A stretch of 64,000 nucleotides of DNA from Elusimicrobiota bacterium (GTDB lineage Bacteria > CAYTYR01 > UBA6262). Below, piece after piece: positions 19,831 to 32,475 of the stretch (positions are counted from its first letter, which is position 1; each line of letters opens with the position of its first letter). The notes beneath the pieces are model-generated. The model was not told the DNA's origin and made no database searches. It saw only the letters and a program-made list of their open reading frames with translations. The position numbers and the translations under genes are program-made. The stretch lies in NCBI GenBank assembly GCA_003153935.1, contig PMCA01000004.1, positions 19,933-83,932 of the forward strand, in the 5' to 3' direction.

Positions 19831-20838
19831 ATGGCGGAAAAAGAGAAGCCCTTACTGGGCATAACCATCGGTGATGTGGCGGGAATCGGTCCGGAGATCA
19901 TTGCCAAGGCCTGCCTGGAGCCGGAGATATATCATATCTGCCGGCCGGTCCTGATCGGCGCGATCAAGATCTACCAGGATGCCAAGAGGTTCCCGGTCAA
20001 GAGTTTCACGGTCAAGGCCATTAAGAAGGCAAGTGAGGCGATATTTGAATATGGCCGGATCAACGTTATAGATATCGATAATATTGATATGGCGGAGCTT
20101 AAGATCGGCCAGGTGCAGAAGATGTGCGGCCAGGCCAGCGTGGAATATATAAAGGAAGCGGTGCGGCTGGTCCAGGACGGGGAGATCAAAGGCATCGTTA
20201 CCGCCCCGATCAGCAAAGAGGCCATGCACCTGAGCGGCTTCAAGTATAACGGGCACACCGAATTGCTAGCCGAACTTACCAAAACCCGCAAATTCGTGAT
20301 GCTGCTGACCGGCGGCACGCTGAAAGTCATATTGCTTACTCGGCATATGGCGCTAAAAGATGTCAGCAAGAATATTACCGCGGAGAAACTGCTGGAAGCC
20401 ATTGAATTAGGCGACGCGGGCCTCAAGTTCTTCGGCATAGAATCCCCCAAAATCGTAGTGTGCGCGCTAAATCCGCATATGGGTGAAAGCGGGATCCTGG
20501 GGAACGAGGAAATAGATATAATCATCCCGGCCGTAAACCAGGCCCGGAAAAAAGGTTTTCACGTGGAAGGCCCGATCTCCAGTGATTCGGCTTTCTATTA
20601 CGCGGCCGGCGGCCGTTACGACCTGGCTATCGCCATGTACCATGACCAGGGGATGATCCCGATCAAGTTACTAGCTTATAAACGCGGCGTCAATATGACT
20701 CTCGGCCTGCCTTTTGTCCGCACTTCACCCTGTCACGGGACGGCGTTTGACCTGGCCGGCAAATGGGTAGCGGACTCCGGCAGTATGCTGGAGGCGATCA
20801 AGATTGCCGCTAAAGCCTGCCGTTTCGGGGACAAATGA
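19831..20838 (+). CDS. pdxA: 4-hydroxythreonine-4-phosphate dehydrogenase
   Basis: GD.AGIGPEI, TAPISK, GHTE, LNPH.GE, MYHDQG, RTSP.HGTAFD. Confidence 0.95.
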   Translation: MAEKEKPLLGITIGDVAGIGPEIIAKACLEPEIYHICRPVLIGAIKIYQDAKRFPVKSFTVKAIKKASEAIFEYGRINVIDIDNIDMAELKIGQVQKMCGQASVEYIKEAVRLVQDGEIKGIVTAPISKEAMHLSGFKYNGHTELLAELTKTRKFVMLLTGGTLKVILLTRHMALKDVSKNITAEKLLEAIELGDAGLKFFGIESPKIVVCALNPHMGESGILGNEEIDIIIPAVNQARKKGFHVEGPISSDSAFYYAAGGRYDLAIAMYHDQGMIPIKLLAYKRGVNMTLGLPFVRTSPCHGTAFDLAGKWVADSGSMLEAIKIAAKACRFGDK

Positions 20839-21641
20839 AAAAATGGGGACAAAATTTCCTGCGCGATAGCAGTATCGCTCGGGAGATAGTTGATTTCGCT
20901 TCTTTGAAAAAAGATGATATAGTGGTGGAGATAGGTCCCGGACGCGGCGTGCTGACTAAATTGATCGCGCCCCGGGTGGATAAATTGATCGCCGTGGAGA
21001 TTGACCCGGTCCTGGTGCGGAAATTACAGGATGAATGGCGGTCACAACCACAGGTGGAGATAAGGCAAGAGGATATTTTGCGCTATGAATTGCCCGCGGA
21101 CCTGGCCTGTGAACCTTTCAAAGTGATAGCTAACATACCCTATTATATCACTGGCCCGATCATTTTCAAGCTGCTGGACTGGCACCTGTCTAACCCGGCC
21201 TTTACCACGGCCATTATCATGGTGCAGAAAGAAGTGGCCCAGCGGTTGGCGGCCAAGCCCGGCGGTAAGGAATACGGCGCCTTAACTGTAACATTGCAGT
21301 TCAACGCGGATGTGGAAATATTAAAAATTGTCAAGGCTGACCGGTTTTTCCCGGCACCTAAAGTAGATTCGGCATTGATATTGATTGATTTCCTGGCCCA
21401 GCCCAGGGTCAACGTAAAGAACGTCAAATTATTCAATAAAATAGTGAAAGCATCCTTCGCCCAGAGGCGCAAGACCATTTATAATAGCCTGAAGAACAAC
21501 CTGGGCCTGGATAAACAGGTCGTAGCCAGCGGGTTAGAAGCAGCGGGTATAGAAGGCCGGCGGCGGGCGGAGACGTTAAGCATCGCCGAATTTGCCAATC
21601 TAAGCGAGGTTATCTGTGATCAAAAAAACAGTATCAGTTGA
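20835..21641 (+). CDS. rsmA: 16S rRNA m6,2A1518/1519 dimethyltransferase
   Basis: GQNFL, EIGPG.G, NIPYYIT, QKEVA.R, PKVDS, RAETLS. Confidence 0.96.
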   Translation: MKKWGQNFLRDSSIAREIVDFASLKKDDIVVEIGPGRGVLTKLIAPRVDKLIAVEIDPVLVRKLQDEWRSQPQVEIRQEDILRYELPADLACEPFKVIANIPYYITGPIIFKLLDWHLSNPAFTTAIIMVQKEVAQRLAAKPGGKEYGALTVTLQFNADVEILKIVKADRFFPAPKVDSALILIDFLAQPRVNVKNVKLFNKIVKASFAQRRKTIYNSLKNNLGLDKQVVASGLEAAGIEGRRRAETLSIAEFANLSEVICDQKNSIS

Positions 21642-22731
21642 TTTTTTTGTCATGCTCATCTTTATCGCGGCGATAACACTTTGGCATTATCTTAGTCCCA
21701 ACGATAATATTTTCCTGCACGGGGTTTTCCGCAATCTTTATTTCCTGCCGATTATTTACGCGGCCTTCAGGCTGGGGCCGATAGGGGTGGTGGCGGCAAC
21801 CTTGATATGCGGAGTTTTTTACAGCATAAGGGTCTGGCCTCCGCCGCAGGAGCTGGGTGCGTCCTGGCTACTGGATAATGCCCTGGAAGTGATCATCTAT
21901 ACGGTGATCGGTTTAACCGTGAACATTCTGGTGCAGATCGAGAACCGCGGCCGGGCCGCCCTGGAAAAAGCCCATGAAGAATTGATAAAAAAAGAAAAGA
22001 TGAAAACTAAATTCATCTCCATCGCCTCGCATGAGTTCCGGACCCCGTTGACAGTTTTAAACGGCTATCTCAGCCTGTTTGAGCTGGGTATGTTCAAAGG
22101 CAAGGATGATGAGTTCAAGCAAAAATGCGCCAAGGCCAAGGATATCATCAACCGGTACCTGCAGACTATCGATAACGTACTGGACATGGTCAAAACCGAG
22201 CAAAAAGACAAGCTGGAAAAACGGGATGATATGGATCTGAACAATATAATCAAGGAAGTATATGGAGACCTGGAAATTTTTGTGCAGAAACGCAAGCAAA
22301 GCCTGGTTTTAGAGCTGGATCCCCAGCTGCCATTGGGCAAACTTAATAAACGTGAGATCAACCAGGTGCTGACCAACCTAATCATGAACGCTATCAAATT
22401 CACGCCGGATGAAGGCAAGATAACAGTACGCACCAGGGCGCTACCTGGCAAGATCCAGGTGGAAGTGGCGGACACGGGTATCGGCATCCCGGCCAATGAA
22501 TTCGAGAATATTTTTGAGAGTTTTTACGAGATAAAATCAGACGACCAGCACTCTTCCGGGACTTTTGAATTCAAGAGCGGTTCGCTTGGCTTGGGCCTTA
22601 CTTTAGTCAAAAAAACCGTGGAAAATTACAACGGTAAGGTCTGGGTGGAGAGTGAAGTCGGCAAGGGCAGCGCTTTTTATTTTACGCTGCCGCTGGTGAC
22701 GGAAAACGCGAATGATCCCGCTAAAGGATAA
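21616..22731 (+). CDS. Membrane sensor histidine kinase (4-TM intramembrane input)
   Basis: LYFLPIIYAA TM region; ASHEFRTPL, NAIKFT, DTGIGI, LGLGL. Confidence 0.9.
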   Translation: MIKKTVSVDFFVMLIFIAAITLWHYLSPNDNIFLHGVFRNLYFLPIIYAAFRLGPIGVVAATLICGVFYSIRVWPPPQELGASWLLDNALEVIIYTVIGLTVNILVQIENRGRAALEKAHEELIKKEKMKTKFISIASHEFRTPLTVLNGYLSLFELGMFKGKDDEFKQKCAKAKDIINRYLQTIDNVLDMVKTEQKDKLEKRDDMDLNNIIKEVYGDLEIFVQKRKQSLVLELDPQLPLGKLNKREINQVLTNLIMNAIKFTPDEGKITVRTRALPGKIQVEVADTGIGIPANEFENIFESFYEIKSDDQHSSGTFEFKSGSLGLGLTLVKKTVENYNGKVWVESEVGKGSAFYFTLPLVTENANDPAKG

Positions 22732-23371
22732 TATCCCGTCGCGGCGTTTCCCATTCGTAAATATCATCCTGATAGCAGTTAACTTCCTGGTCTTTTTCTA
22801 TGAGCTTAGCCTGGGCGATCATTTAGAAGCTTTTATCTATAGTTTTAGCGTTATACCCGAACATCTGCATAAAAATCCTTATGCTTTAACCAATATCGGC
22901 ACTTTGTTCTCGGCGCAGTTCCTGCATGGCGGCTGGATGCACGTTATCGGCAACATGCTTTTCCTGTATATTTTCGGCGATAATGTTGAGGATCGGTTGG
23001 GGCATACCAGGTATCTGCTCTTTTACCTGGCTTGCGGCGTGATTTCGTTCCTGGCGCAAGTGTTTTTCAGCCAGAATAGCCCGCTACCGCTTATAGGCGC
23101 CAGCGGCGCCATCGCCGGAGTGTTGGGAGCGTACATAGTTTTATATCCTTACGCCAAGATATTGACCCTGATCCCGCTGTTCATCTTTATCCAGTTCATT
23201 GAGGTTCCGGCGATAGTTTTCCTGGGGATCTGGTTCCTGTTGCAGTTCTGGATGGCCAATGCCAGCCTGGCAGCCGCGACTGTGGGCGGCGTGGCGTTCT
23301 GGGCACACGTAGGCGGCTTTATCGGCGGAGCATTATTTATCAGTATATATAAATCCATAAAAGGCAGGTAA
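22712..23371 (+). CDS. Rhomboid intramembrane serine protease
   Basis: MIPLKD start, FLHGGWMH..GNM, GASG, AHVGGF. Confidence 0.93.
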   Translation: MIPLKDNIPSRRFPFVNIILIAVNFLVFFYELSLGDHLEAFIYSFSVIPEHLHKNPYALTNIGTLFSAQFLHGGWMHVIGNMLFLYIFGDNVEDRLGHTRYLLFYLACGVISFLAQVFFSQNSPLPLIGASGAIAGVLGAYIVLYPYAKILTLIPLFIFIQFIEVPAIVFLGIWFLLQFWMANASLAAATVGGVAFWAHVGGFIGGALFISIYKSIKGR

Positions 23372-23376
23372 TAAAA

Positions 23377-23805
23377 ATGAGCCAATATAGCGACAAAGTA
23401 ATGGAGCATTTCCGTCATCCCCACAACGTGGGCGAGATGGATAAGCCGGATGGCACCGGCCACGTGGGGAACCCCGTGTGCGGTGATATTATGGAGCTGT
23501 ATATTAAAGTAAAGGATGAAATTATAACGGACGCCAAGTTCAAGACTTTTGGCTGCGGCGCCGCTATCGCCACCAGCTCCATGGTCACGGATATGGTCAA
23601 GGGAAAGAATATCAAGGAAGCCCTGGAAATCTCCAATAAAGCCGTAGCGGAAGCCCTGGGCGGACTGCCGGCGATCAAACTCCATTGTTCAGTGTTGGCG
23701 GAACAGGCGCTTAAATCGGCGATCGATGATTATTACAAAAAGCAAGGCAAGCCCTCACCGGTCAATCCGGAAGACCTCAAAGAAGACGAACACACCCACG
23801 AATAG
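23377..23805 (+). CDS. iscU: Fe-S cluster scaffold (IscU/NifU-N)
   Basis: YSDKVMEHF..P.NVG, NPVCGD, FGCGAAIA, KLHCS. Confidence 0.94.
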   Translation: MSQYSDKVMEHFRHPHNVGEMDKPDGTGHVGNPVCGDIMELYIKVKDEIITDAKFKTFGCGAAIATSSMVTDMVKGKNIKEALEISNKAVAEALGGLPAIKLHCSVLAEQALKSAIDDYYKKQGKPSPVNPEDLKEDEHTHE

Positions 23806-23844
23806 TGCTCACTAGTAACCTTCCAAGGTAACTTAAGAAACGAC

Positions 23845-23892
23845 TTGACAGAGTATATTTATTATGTTAATGTCTACTAAGTTGATAGAGAT
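23845..23892 (+). promoter_or_regulatory. Promoter with Rrf2-type operator (box A)
   Basis: TTGACA-N17-TAATGT; ATGTCTAC-N7-ATAGAGAT at 23870-23892 overlaps the -10 and start site. Confidence 0.7.
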
Positions 23893-23912
23893 TATCTAAA
23901 GGAGTAAGAAAT

Positions 23913-25142
23913 ATGGCGAAAACCTACGCGGAGATCAATGAGAAAATTAAAAAAGGCCAGGCGGTGATAGTTACCGCCGAGGAAATAATCGATATTGTCG
24001 AAGATAAGGGTATCAAGAAAGCGGCCCAGGAAGTAGATGTGGTCACTACCGGTACCTTCGGTCCGATGTGTTCCAGCGGCGCTTTTTTGAATTTCGGGCA
24101 TACCCAGCCGCGCATCAAGATCGGCGGCGGGCACGCTTACCTTAATAATGTCCCGGCGTACGCCGGTTTGGCGGCAGTGGACGTCTACATCGGCGCCACA
24201 GCCATACCGGACGATGACCCGCGCAACAAAGTATATCCGGGTGAATTTGAATATGGCGGCGGTCATGTGATCGAGGAGCTGGTCGCCGGCAAGGATGTCC
24301 GTTTGGAGGTATCTTCTTACGGCACGGATTGTTATCCGCGGCGCAAATTAGAAACCCTGGTCAATATAAAAGATATCAATGAAGCCGTGCTCTTCAGCCC
24401 GCGTAACGCCTATCAGAATTATAACTGCGCGGTGAACCTGGCTGAGCGGATCATTTATACTTATATGGGGGTATTGCAGCCCAACCTGGGCAACGCCACT
24501 TTTTGCAGCGCGGCCCAATTATCGCCATTGCTAAATGACCCGCTTTACCGGACCATCGGTATTGGCACTAAGATATTTTTGGGCGGTGGCACCGGTTTCG
24601 TGGCCTGGCACGGTACCCAGCATAATCCCGCGGTTAAAAGGAAAGATAATGAAACGCCGCAGGCTGGGGCCGGGACCCTGGCGGTGATCGGGGACCTTAA
24701 GCAGATGAAACCAGCCTGGCTGCGGGGCAGTTCCTTCCTGGGTTATGGCGCAACCCTGACCGTGGGTATCGGGGTGCCCATTCCTATACTGGACGAGGAA
24801 ATCTGCCGGAACACCGCAGTGAGAAATAGGGATATCTGGACCCAGGTGGTGGATTACGGTAAAAACTATCCTAACAATATCGCCGGCAGTCTGGGCGAAG
24901 TTAATTATGAGCAATTGTTTAACGGCGAGATAGAAGTTCAAGGTAAAAAATTGGCAGCGACGCCATTGTCCAGTTATGCCAAGGCCCGGGAAATAGCCGG
25001 TATCCTGAAAACCTGGATCAAGAAAGGCGAATTCACGCTAACCGAACCGGTGCAGACGCTGCCCGGCCTGGAATCCGGCGCCACCGTGAAGAGTTTGCGT
25101 GAACGTCCGATAAAACAAAGCAAGAGTGAGCGGAGGGATTAA
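23913..25142 (+). CDS. DUF39 homocysteine biosynthesis protein (aspartate-semialdehyde sulfurtransferase, MA1821-like, no CBS tail)
   Basis: KTYAEINEKI..G.AVIVTAEE, DVVTTGTFGPMCSSGA, YGTDCYPR, RNAYQNY. Confidence 0.92.
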   Translation: MAKTYAEINEKIKKGQAVIVTAEEIIDIVEDKGIKKAAQEVDVVTTGTFGPMCSSGAFLNFGHTQPRIKIGGGHAYLNNVPAYAGLAAVDVYIGATAIPDDDPRNKVYPGEFEYGGGHVIEELVAGKDVRLEVSSYGTDCYPRRKLETLVNIKDINEAVLFSPRNAYQNYNCAVNLAERIIYTYMGVLQPNLGNATFCSAAQLSPLLNDPLYRTIGIGTKIFLGGGTGFVAWHGTQHNPAVKRKDNETPQAGAGTLAVIGDLKQMKPAWLRGSSFLGYGATLTVGIGVPIPILDEEICRNTAVRNRDIWTQVVDYGKNYPNNIAGSLGEVNYEQLFNGEIEVQGKKLAATPLSSYAKAREIAGILKTWIKKGEFTLTEPVQTLPGLESGATVKSLRERPIKQSKSERRD

Positions 25143-25552
25143 TGATCGTTTCCCGAAAGATAATATTACATTTTCCCAAAGATATGGTAGAGCAACCTCT
25201 GGTCAGCCGGCTGGCCAAGGATTTTGACCTGGAATTCAACATCCTGAAAGCCTCGGTTACTCCTAATGAAGAAGGCATTATGCATTTGGCGATCAAAGGG
25301 GAAAAAGGTAATTACAGTAAAGGCGTTGAGTATTTAACCAAGGCGGGGGTGAAAGTACAGCAAATGGGGCAGGAGATAAAACGGAACGATGACCGCTGCA
25401 CTCATTGCGGTCTGTGCGTTTCGGTCTGTCCTACGCCGGCGCTGGTGATCGATAAGAAAACCAGGGAAGTCGTTTTTGATTCCGGGCATTGCGTGGCCTG
25501 CGAAATGTGCGTGCGGGTCTGTCCCGTCAAAGCCATGGAAATTCGTTTTTAG
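25142..25552 (+). CDS. NIL-domain 2[4Fe-4S] ferredoxin (MA1822-like partner)
   Basis: NIL motif FNILKA; two CxxCxxCxxxCP motifs. Confidence 0.92.
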   Translation: MIVSRKIILHFPKDMVEQPLVSRLAKDFDLEFNILKASVTPNEEGIMHLAIKGEKGNYSKGVEYLTKAGVKVQQMGQEIKRNDDRCTHCGLCVSVCPTPALVIDKKTREVVFDSGHCVACEMCVRVCPVKAMEIRF

Positions 25553-25560
25553 GAGAATAT

Positions 25561-26478
25561 ATGTCAAAACCTGATATAGCTAAAAGTGTCTTGCATCTTA
25601 TAGGCCATACGCCTCTGGTCCAGCTTAATAAATTGCCGGACGCGGAAAGCGCCAAAGTGCTGGCCAAGGTGGAATTTTTTAATCCGGGGGGGAGTATCAA
25701 GGACCGGATCTGCCTGGCGATGGTGGAGGACGCGGAGAAAAGGGGCTTGCTTAAACCGGGCGGGACCATTGTCGAACCCACCAGCGGTAATACCGGTATC
25801 GGCCTGGCTTTCGTCGCGGCGGTAAAAGGCTACAAGCTGATCCTGACCATGCCGGAAACTATGAGCGTTGAGAGGCGGAAACTGCTGGCGGTTTACGGTG
25901 CGGAAGTGGTGCTGACGCCTGGCGCCGATGGTATGAAGGGCGCAATTAAAAAAGCCATGGAACTAAAAGAACAGAATAGTGGTTATTACATGCCGCAACA
26001 GTTTAACAATCCCGCCAATCCGGAAATACACAGGCAGACGACGGCGAGGGAAATAATAGAAGCCACCGGGAAAAATGTGGATGCTTTTGTCGCCGGGGTA
26101 GGCACAGGCGGCACGCTGACCGGAGTGGGAGAAGTGCTGAAAAAAGAAATTTCCGGCGTAAAGATCGTTGCCGTGGAACCGGCCGGCAGCCCTGTCCTGT
26201 CAGGCGGGAAGATGGGACATCATGAGATACAGGGTATAGGCGCGGGGTTTGTGCCGATGGTCCTTAATACAAAAATAATAGATGATATCATTACTATAAA
26301 AGATGACGAAGCCATGGATTGCGCGCGCAGGCTGGCTAAAGAGGAAGGATTATTCGTAGGCATATCCTCGGGCGCCAATGTTTTTGCGGCGTTAAGGGTA
26401 GCTAAGCAGCTTGGTAAGGGAAAAACAGTGGTGACCGTGTTACCAGATACTGGAGAAAGATATTTGAGTATTTGGTAA
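25561..26478 (+). CDS. cysK: Cysteine synthase A (copy 1)
   Basis: [39 protein letters not shown] 25561 with AGGAG SD. Confidence 0.95.
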   Translation: MSKPDIAKSVLHLIGHTPLVQLNKLPDAESAKVLAKVEFFNPGGSIKDRICLAMVEDAEKRGLLKPGGTIVEPTSGNTGIGLAFVAAVKGYKLILTMPETMSVERRKLLAVYGAEVVLTPGADGMKGAIKKAMELKEQNSGYYMPQQFNNPANPEIHRQTTAREIIEATGKNVDAFVAGVGTGGTLTGVGEVLKKEISGVKIVAVEPAGSPVLSGGKMGHHEIQGIGAGFVPMVLNTKIIDDIITIKDDEAMDCARRLAKEEGLFVGISSGANVFAALRVAKQLGKGKTVVTVLPDTGERYLSIW

Positions 26479-26486
26479 AATAATAC

Positions 26487-26535
26487 TTGACAGGTTTTAG
26501 ATAGTATGATATATGTATATTAAGTAGATAGACAT
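26487..26535 (+). promoter_or_regulatory. Promoter with Rrf2-type operator (box B)
   Basis: TTGACA at 26487; ATGTATAT-N7-ATAGACAT at 26513-26535, 19/23 identical to box A. Confidence 0.7.
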
Positions 26536-26565
26536 TGTAGTGTTTATGGAGAGGGAAGAAAGCAA

Positions 26566-27015
26566 ATGAAGATATCGTTTCGCGGGGATTATGCCTTGAA
26601 AGCCATACTGGACCTGTCCCTTCATTATAATAAGGGACTGGTAAGGATCCAGGAGATCGCCAAGCGGCAGGACATCCCGATAAAATATTTGGAACAGATC
26701 TTGCTGGCATTAAAGGGCGCCGGTTTTGTGAAGAGCCAAAGAGGCGCCAAAGGGGGGTATTACCTGGCCAAGAAGCCCAAAGATATTAAGTTGGGCGAAA
26801 TTGTCAGGTTGATGGAAGGCCCAGTTTCCCCGATCACCTGCGTCAGCAAGAGCTGTTACCAAAAATGTAATGAGGAGAAAAAGTGCGTGTTCCGGCCAGT
26901 TTGGGAAAAAGTCAGAAAAATAACGGAAGGGGTGGTGGACGAAGTAAGTTTCGAGGACATGTGCAAGCAATATAACGAGAGAAACAAAAAAGAACTGCAG
27001 ATGTATTACATCTAA
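26566..27015 (+). CDS. Rrf2 family regulator (CymR/IscR-like) with Cys cluster
   Basis: YLEQIL..LK.AG.V.S.RGAKGGY.LA; CVSKSCYQKCNEEKKC; MYYI C-terminus. Confidence 0.92.
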   Translation: MKISFRGDYALKAILDLSLHYNKGLVRIQEIAKRQDIPIKYLEQILLALKGAGFVKSQRGAKGGYYLAKKPKDIKLGEIVRLMEGPVSPITCVSKSCYQKCNEEKKCVFRPVWEKVRKITEGVVDEVSFEDMCKQYNERNKKELQMYYI

Positions 27016-27057
27016 TTTTTTTAAACTATATCACTACTATATTAATAGAGTATATAG

Positions 27058-28377
<1,320 letters not shown>

Positions 28378-28396
28378 TAAAAATGAGGTGAATAAA

Positions 28397-29335
28397 ATGA
28401 CAAAGATCTATGAAGATATTACTAAAACCATAGGAAATACTCCTTTAGTGAAGATAAACCAGCCGGCCAGGAATACCAGTGCCACCGTGCTGGCTAAATT
28501 GGAGTCGTTTAACCCGCTATCCAGTGTCAAAGACCGTCTTGGTTTGGCCTTGATCGAGGCAGGGGAAAAAGCCGGATTACTGAAACACGATACGGTGATC
28601 ATAGAACCAACCAGCGGTAATACCGGTATCGCTTTGGCCTTTATCGCCGCCGCCAGGGGTTACAAACTCATCTTAACTATGCCTGAGACTATGAGCATTG
28701 AGCGCCGCCAACTGCTTAAGATATTCGGCGCGGAGCTAGTGCTGACCGAAGGCTCTAAAGGAATGAAAGGAGCGGTGGAGAAAGCCGAAGAGCTGGCTAA
28801 AAAGACACCGAATAGTTTCATTCCACAGCAATTCGTCAATCCGGCGAATCCGGAAATACACCGCCGCACAACGGCGGAAGAGATCTGGAGTGATACTGAT
28901 GGCAAAGTTGATTATTTTGTGTCCGGTATCGGCACCGGGGGTACGATCACCGGAGTAGGGGAAGTATTGAAGAAAAAAAATCCCCAAGTGAAAGTGATCG
29001 CCGTAGAGCCAAAGGATTCGCCAGTATTAAGCGGAGGCAAACCGGGGCCGCATAAGATACAGGGAATAGGGGCAGGATTTGTGCCGGCGGTCCTTAATAC
29101 CAAGATCTATGACGAGATAATTCAAGTAGCCAATGAAGATGCCGGTAAGACCGCTAGGCAATTGGCCAAAGAAGAAGGTATACTAGTAGGCATTTCCAGC
29201 GGGGCGGCTTTATGGGCGGCCTTACAGATTGCCCAGAGGCCGGAGGCGGCCGGCAAAACCATTGTAGTAATATTACCGGACACAGGAGAGAGATATCTTT
29301 CCACCTGGTTATTCGCCGAAGATACCGCAAAATAA
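28397..29335 (+). CDS. cysK: Cysteine synthase A (copy 2)
   Basis: [43 protein letters not shown]. Confidence 0.95.
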   Translation: MTKIYEDITKTIGNTPLVKINQPARNTSATVLAKLESFNPLSSVKDRLGLALIEAGEKAGLLKHDTVIIEPTSGNTGIALAFIAAARGYKLILTMPETMSIERRQLLKIFGAELVLTEGSKGMKGAVEKAEELAKKTPNSFIPQQFVNPANPEIHRRTTAEEIWSDTDGKVDYFVSGIGTGGTITGVGEVLKKKNPQVKVIAVEPKDSPVLSGGKPGPHKIQGIGAGFVPAVLNTKIYDEIIQVANEDAGKTARQLAKEEGILVGISSGAALWAALQIAQRPEAAGKTIVVILPDTGERYLSTWLFAEDTAK

Positions 29336-29349
29336 CGGAGTTGATCCTA

Positions 29350-30501
29350 ATGAGCAACAAAAATAGTGTTGGGAAAATCGATAAGAAATATTTTAATTTT
29401 GCCGAGCCGCCAAATGAGCTGCTTCTGGAGTCAGGAGAGAAGCTTGGACCGATCAAGGTGGCTTACGAAACCTATGGCACTCTGAATGATGACCAGAGCA
29501 ACGCTATCCTGGTGGAGCATGCTTTTTCCGGTGACGCCCACGCCGCCGGATGCTACGAGGGGGATGAAAAGCCCGGCTGGTGGGATGACCTGATCGGCCC
29601 GGGCAAGGCTTTGGATACGGATAAGTACTTTATTATATGCTCCAATGTCATCGGCGGTTGCAAGGGCAGTACCGGGCCGTCTTCCATTCATCCGGGGACT
29701 GACAAACCCTATGCTTTGACTTTTCCCGTAGTTACGATTGCTGATATGGTTAAAGTACAAAAACATTTAGTTAACCATTTGGGCATTAAGAAGCTTCTAA
29801 GCGTGATCGGCGGCTCCATGGGCGGGATGCAGGTGTTGCAATGGGTAGCTTCATATCCGGAAAGTATACTATCCGCTATTCCCATAGCCACTACGCTAAA
29901 ACATTCCCCTCAACAGATAGCTTTTAATGAGGTGGGTCGCCAAGCCGTAATGGCTGATCCTGCCTGGTTGAACGGCAATTACTATGATTACGGACAGCCG
30001 GAGCGGGGATTGGCCGTAGCCCGGATGATCGGTCACATTACCTATATGAGCGACCGGTCCATGGAAGAGAAATTCTCCCGCAAGTTGAAAGAAAAGAACA
30101 AGAACCTGAAATTCACGACGGACTTTGAAGTAGAGGGATACCTGAAATACCGCGGCGACACCTTTGTTAAACGATTCGACGCGAATTCTTATCTATACAT
30201 AACCAAGGCGATGGACTATTTCGACCTCTCCGGAGATAAACTGATCCCTAAAAATAAAAAACCAGAGGTCAGGTTTTTGGTCATCGCTTTCAAATCCGAT
30301 TGGCTGTATCCGGCCTACCAGGCCCAGGACATCGTCAAACTACTGAAGTCGCGCAATATTAACACCACCTATTGCGAGATAGATTCAACCTACGGCCATG
30401 ATGCTTTCCTGGTAGAGATCGAGAAAGAATCGCACCTGATCAGGCATTTCCTGCGCAGTGTTTCAGGGGAAAATGGAGAGAGTGATGGATATTCAATCTA
30501 A
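29350..30501 (+). CDS. metX: Homoserine O-acetyltransferase
   Basis: [40 protein letters not shown] 29350 with GGAG SD. Confidence 0.94.
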   Translation: MSNKNSVGKIDKKYFNFAEPPNELLLESGEKLGPIKVAYETYGTLNDDQSNAILVEHAFSGDAHAAGCYEGDEKPGWWDDLIGPGKALDTDKYFIICSNVIGGCKGSTGPSSIHPGTDKPYALTFPVVTIADMVKVQKHLVNHLGIKKLLSVIGGSMGGMQVLQWVASYPESILSAIPIATTLKHSPQQIAFNEVGRQAVMADPAWLNGNYYDYGQPERGLAVARMIGHITYMSDRSMEEKFSRKLKEKNKNLKFTTDFEVEGYLKYRGDTFVKRFDANSYLYITKAMDYFDLSGDKLIPKNKKPEVRFLVIAFKSDWLYPAYQAQDIVKLLKSRNINTTYCEIDSTYGHDAFLVEIEKESHLIRHFLRSVSGENGESDGYSI

Positions 30502-31114
30502 CCCGCCAAAAAAAGGCGAGGCAAGCATAAGCTTTGAGCACCGGCTGATCGCTGGCCTGGTCGACCCTAAAACTACGGTCTTGGACCTGGGTTGCGGGGA
30601 CGGGGAGTTGCTGGCGTATTTGAGCAAGACTAAACAAGTAAGCGGTCAGGGCATAGAAATAGATGAACAGGCCATTTATAAGTGTGTGGCGAAGGGCTTG
30701 AGCGTGTTTCATGGCGACCTTGATTCGGGGCTGAAAGATTGGGATGACCGGTCTTTTGATTATGTGGTCCTGGACCAAAGCTTACAGCAATTGATCCATC
30801 CGGATACCGTGCTGCAGGAAGCCCTGCGTTTGGGTAAAGAAGTGATCATTGGGTTCCCTAATTTTGTTCATTACCGGTCACGCTGGCAGCTGGCTTTCAA
30901 AGGGAAGGTGCCGGTAACCACATCCCTGCCTTACGAATGGTTCAACACGCCTAACCTGCATTTCCTGAGCCTGCTGGACTTCGAGGATTATTGCGCGAAA
31001 CGGGGGATAACCGTCGAGAAAAAGATTTTCCTAAGCGGCAACAAGATCATCAAGTTCCTGCCGAATCTGCGGGCGGAAACAGGAATATTCCTTATCTCTG
31101 CCCAGGGGAAATAA
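30485..31114 (+). CDS. metW: Methionine biosynthesis protein MetW
   Basis: [38 protein letters not shown]; follows metX. Start uncertain (30458/30473/30485). Confidence 0.92.
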   Translation: MDIQSNPPKKGEASISFEHRLIAGLVDPKTTVLDLGCGDGELLAYLSKTKQVSGQGIEIDEQAIYKCVAKGLSVFHGDLDSGLKDWDDRSFDYVVLDQSLQQLIHPDTVLQEALRLGKEVIIGFPNFVHYRSRWQLAFKGKVPVTTSLPYEWFNTPNLHFLSLLDFEDYCAKRGITVEKKIFLSGNKIIKFLPNLRAETGIFLISAQGK

Positions 31115-31203
31115 GTCAATATTATGTGCCATTGCATTCTTAACAAGACCTTGGCGAAATGCTATAATTGTAAAAGCGATTTTTACCGGTAAAGGCGGCA
31201 AAT

Positions 31204-32466
31204 ATGCGGCTCTGCATAAAAAGAATAAGGTTCATACTTATTACAGCGGGCTTCTTGGCTGGCGCGGTGAGTTTTACTTATTGCGGCGAGGTAAAAACCA
31301 TATCTCTTGATGAAGTAGTGGCTATGGCTAAGCAGGATAACCCGCAAATCAAGGCGGCGCAGCAGAAATACCTGGCGGCGGAAAGCCGTGTGAAAAGCGC
31401 CTACAGCCTGCCTGATCCCTGGGTGGGATTTGAATACTGGGGATTTCCCCAGGGGTCTATGGATTCAGCGGGCATTGAGCAAAAAATGTACACTTTTACC
31501 CAGGAAATACCCTGGCCCGGCAAATTATCGCTGCGGGCCAAAATTGCCGCCAGTTCAGCGGATATAACCAACTCCGCCTATAATGACAAAGTGCGGGAAA
31601 TCATAAAACAGGTCAAGCAAGCTTATGCTGACATGTTTTTTGCTTATAAGGCTATAGAGGTGAACCAGAAGAATAGTGATATACTTTCCCAAATGATCAA
31701 GGTCAGTGAAGGGAAATACCAGACCGGGAAAGCCACCCTGGCCGAAGTGCTGAAGATTAAAGTTGAATCAGCCAAATTAAATAACGATTTGCTGGCCTCG
31801 CAGAATCAAAAACAAATTGCCCAGGCCAAACTGGATAGCCTGTTGAATAGGAAAACAGCGGATGAACTTGGGCAACCGGTTTACGCGGATGAGCCAAATT
31901 TCCCTTATCAGGAAGAATCATTGTTAAAGCTGGCACTGGAGCAGAGGCCGGAGTTAAACGCGGCCCGTTCCGGTATTCATCAGGGCGAGTTGAATCTATC
32001 CTTGACGAAACGTGAATATCTGCCCGATTTCATGGTGAGCTACAAACAAAGAGTGCAGGCTGGCAACTGGAAGGGTTGGGATGGCATGTTCAGCTTTACC
32101 ATTCCTTTATGGTTCTGGCAAAAACAGGGAAATATGGTCCAGGAAATGCAGGCCGAGAGAAAAATGGCCGCAGCGGATTACCAGGTTATGGAGAACGAAG
32201 TTATTTTTGAAGTAAAGCAGGCCTATTTAAAAGCGGAATCGTCCTGGTGGAAAGTGAATCTTTCCCGGGATACGATGGTGCCGCAGAGCGAGCAGGTTTT
32301 GCGCTTGACGCAAACCGGTTATGAAACTGACAAAGCGGAATTCCAGGATTTATTGGACAGCAGGAGAATGTACCAGGAAGCGGAGCTGGATTATTATAAG
32401 GACATAGCCGATTATCAAACAGCTAAGGCCGAACTGGAACAGATGGTCGGGACGGATTTACCTTAG
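31204..32466 (+). CDS. TolC-family outer membrane factor (CusC-like)
   Basis: Signal peptide; LPDP, QEIPWPGKL..R, YLPDF, IPLW; first gene of the RND operon. Confidence 0.88.
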   Translation: MRLCIKRIRFILITAGFLAGAVSFTYCGEVKTISLDEVVAMAKQDNPQIKAAQQKYLAAESRVKSAYSLPDPWVGFEYWGFPQGSMDSAGIEQKMYTFTQEIPWPGKLSLRAKIAASSADITNSAYNDKVREIIKQVKQAYADMFFAYKAIEVNQKNSDILSQMIKVSEGKYQTGKATLAEVLKIKVESAKLNNDLLASQNQKQIAQAKLDSLLNRKTADELGQPVYADEPNFPYQEESLLKLALEQRPELNAARSGIHQGELNLSLTKREYLPDFMVSYKQRVQAGNWKGWDGMFSFTIPLWFWQKQGNMVQEMQAERKMAAADYQVMENEVIFEVKQAYLKAESSWWKVNLSRDTMVPQSEQVLRLTQTGYETDKAEFQDLLDSRRMYQEAELDYYKDIADYQTAKAELEQMVGTDLP

Positions 32467-32475
32467 GGGGAAACA

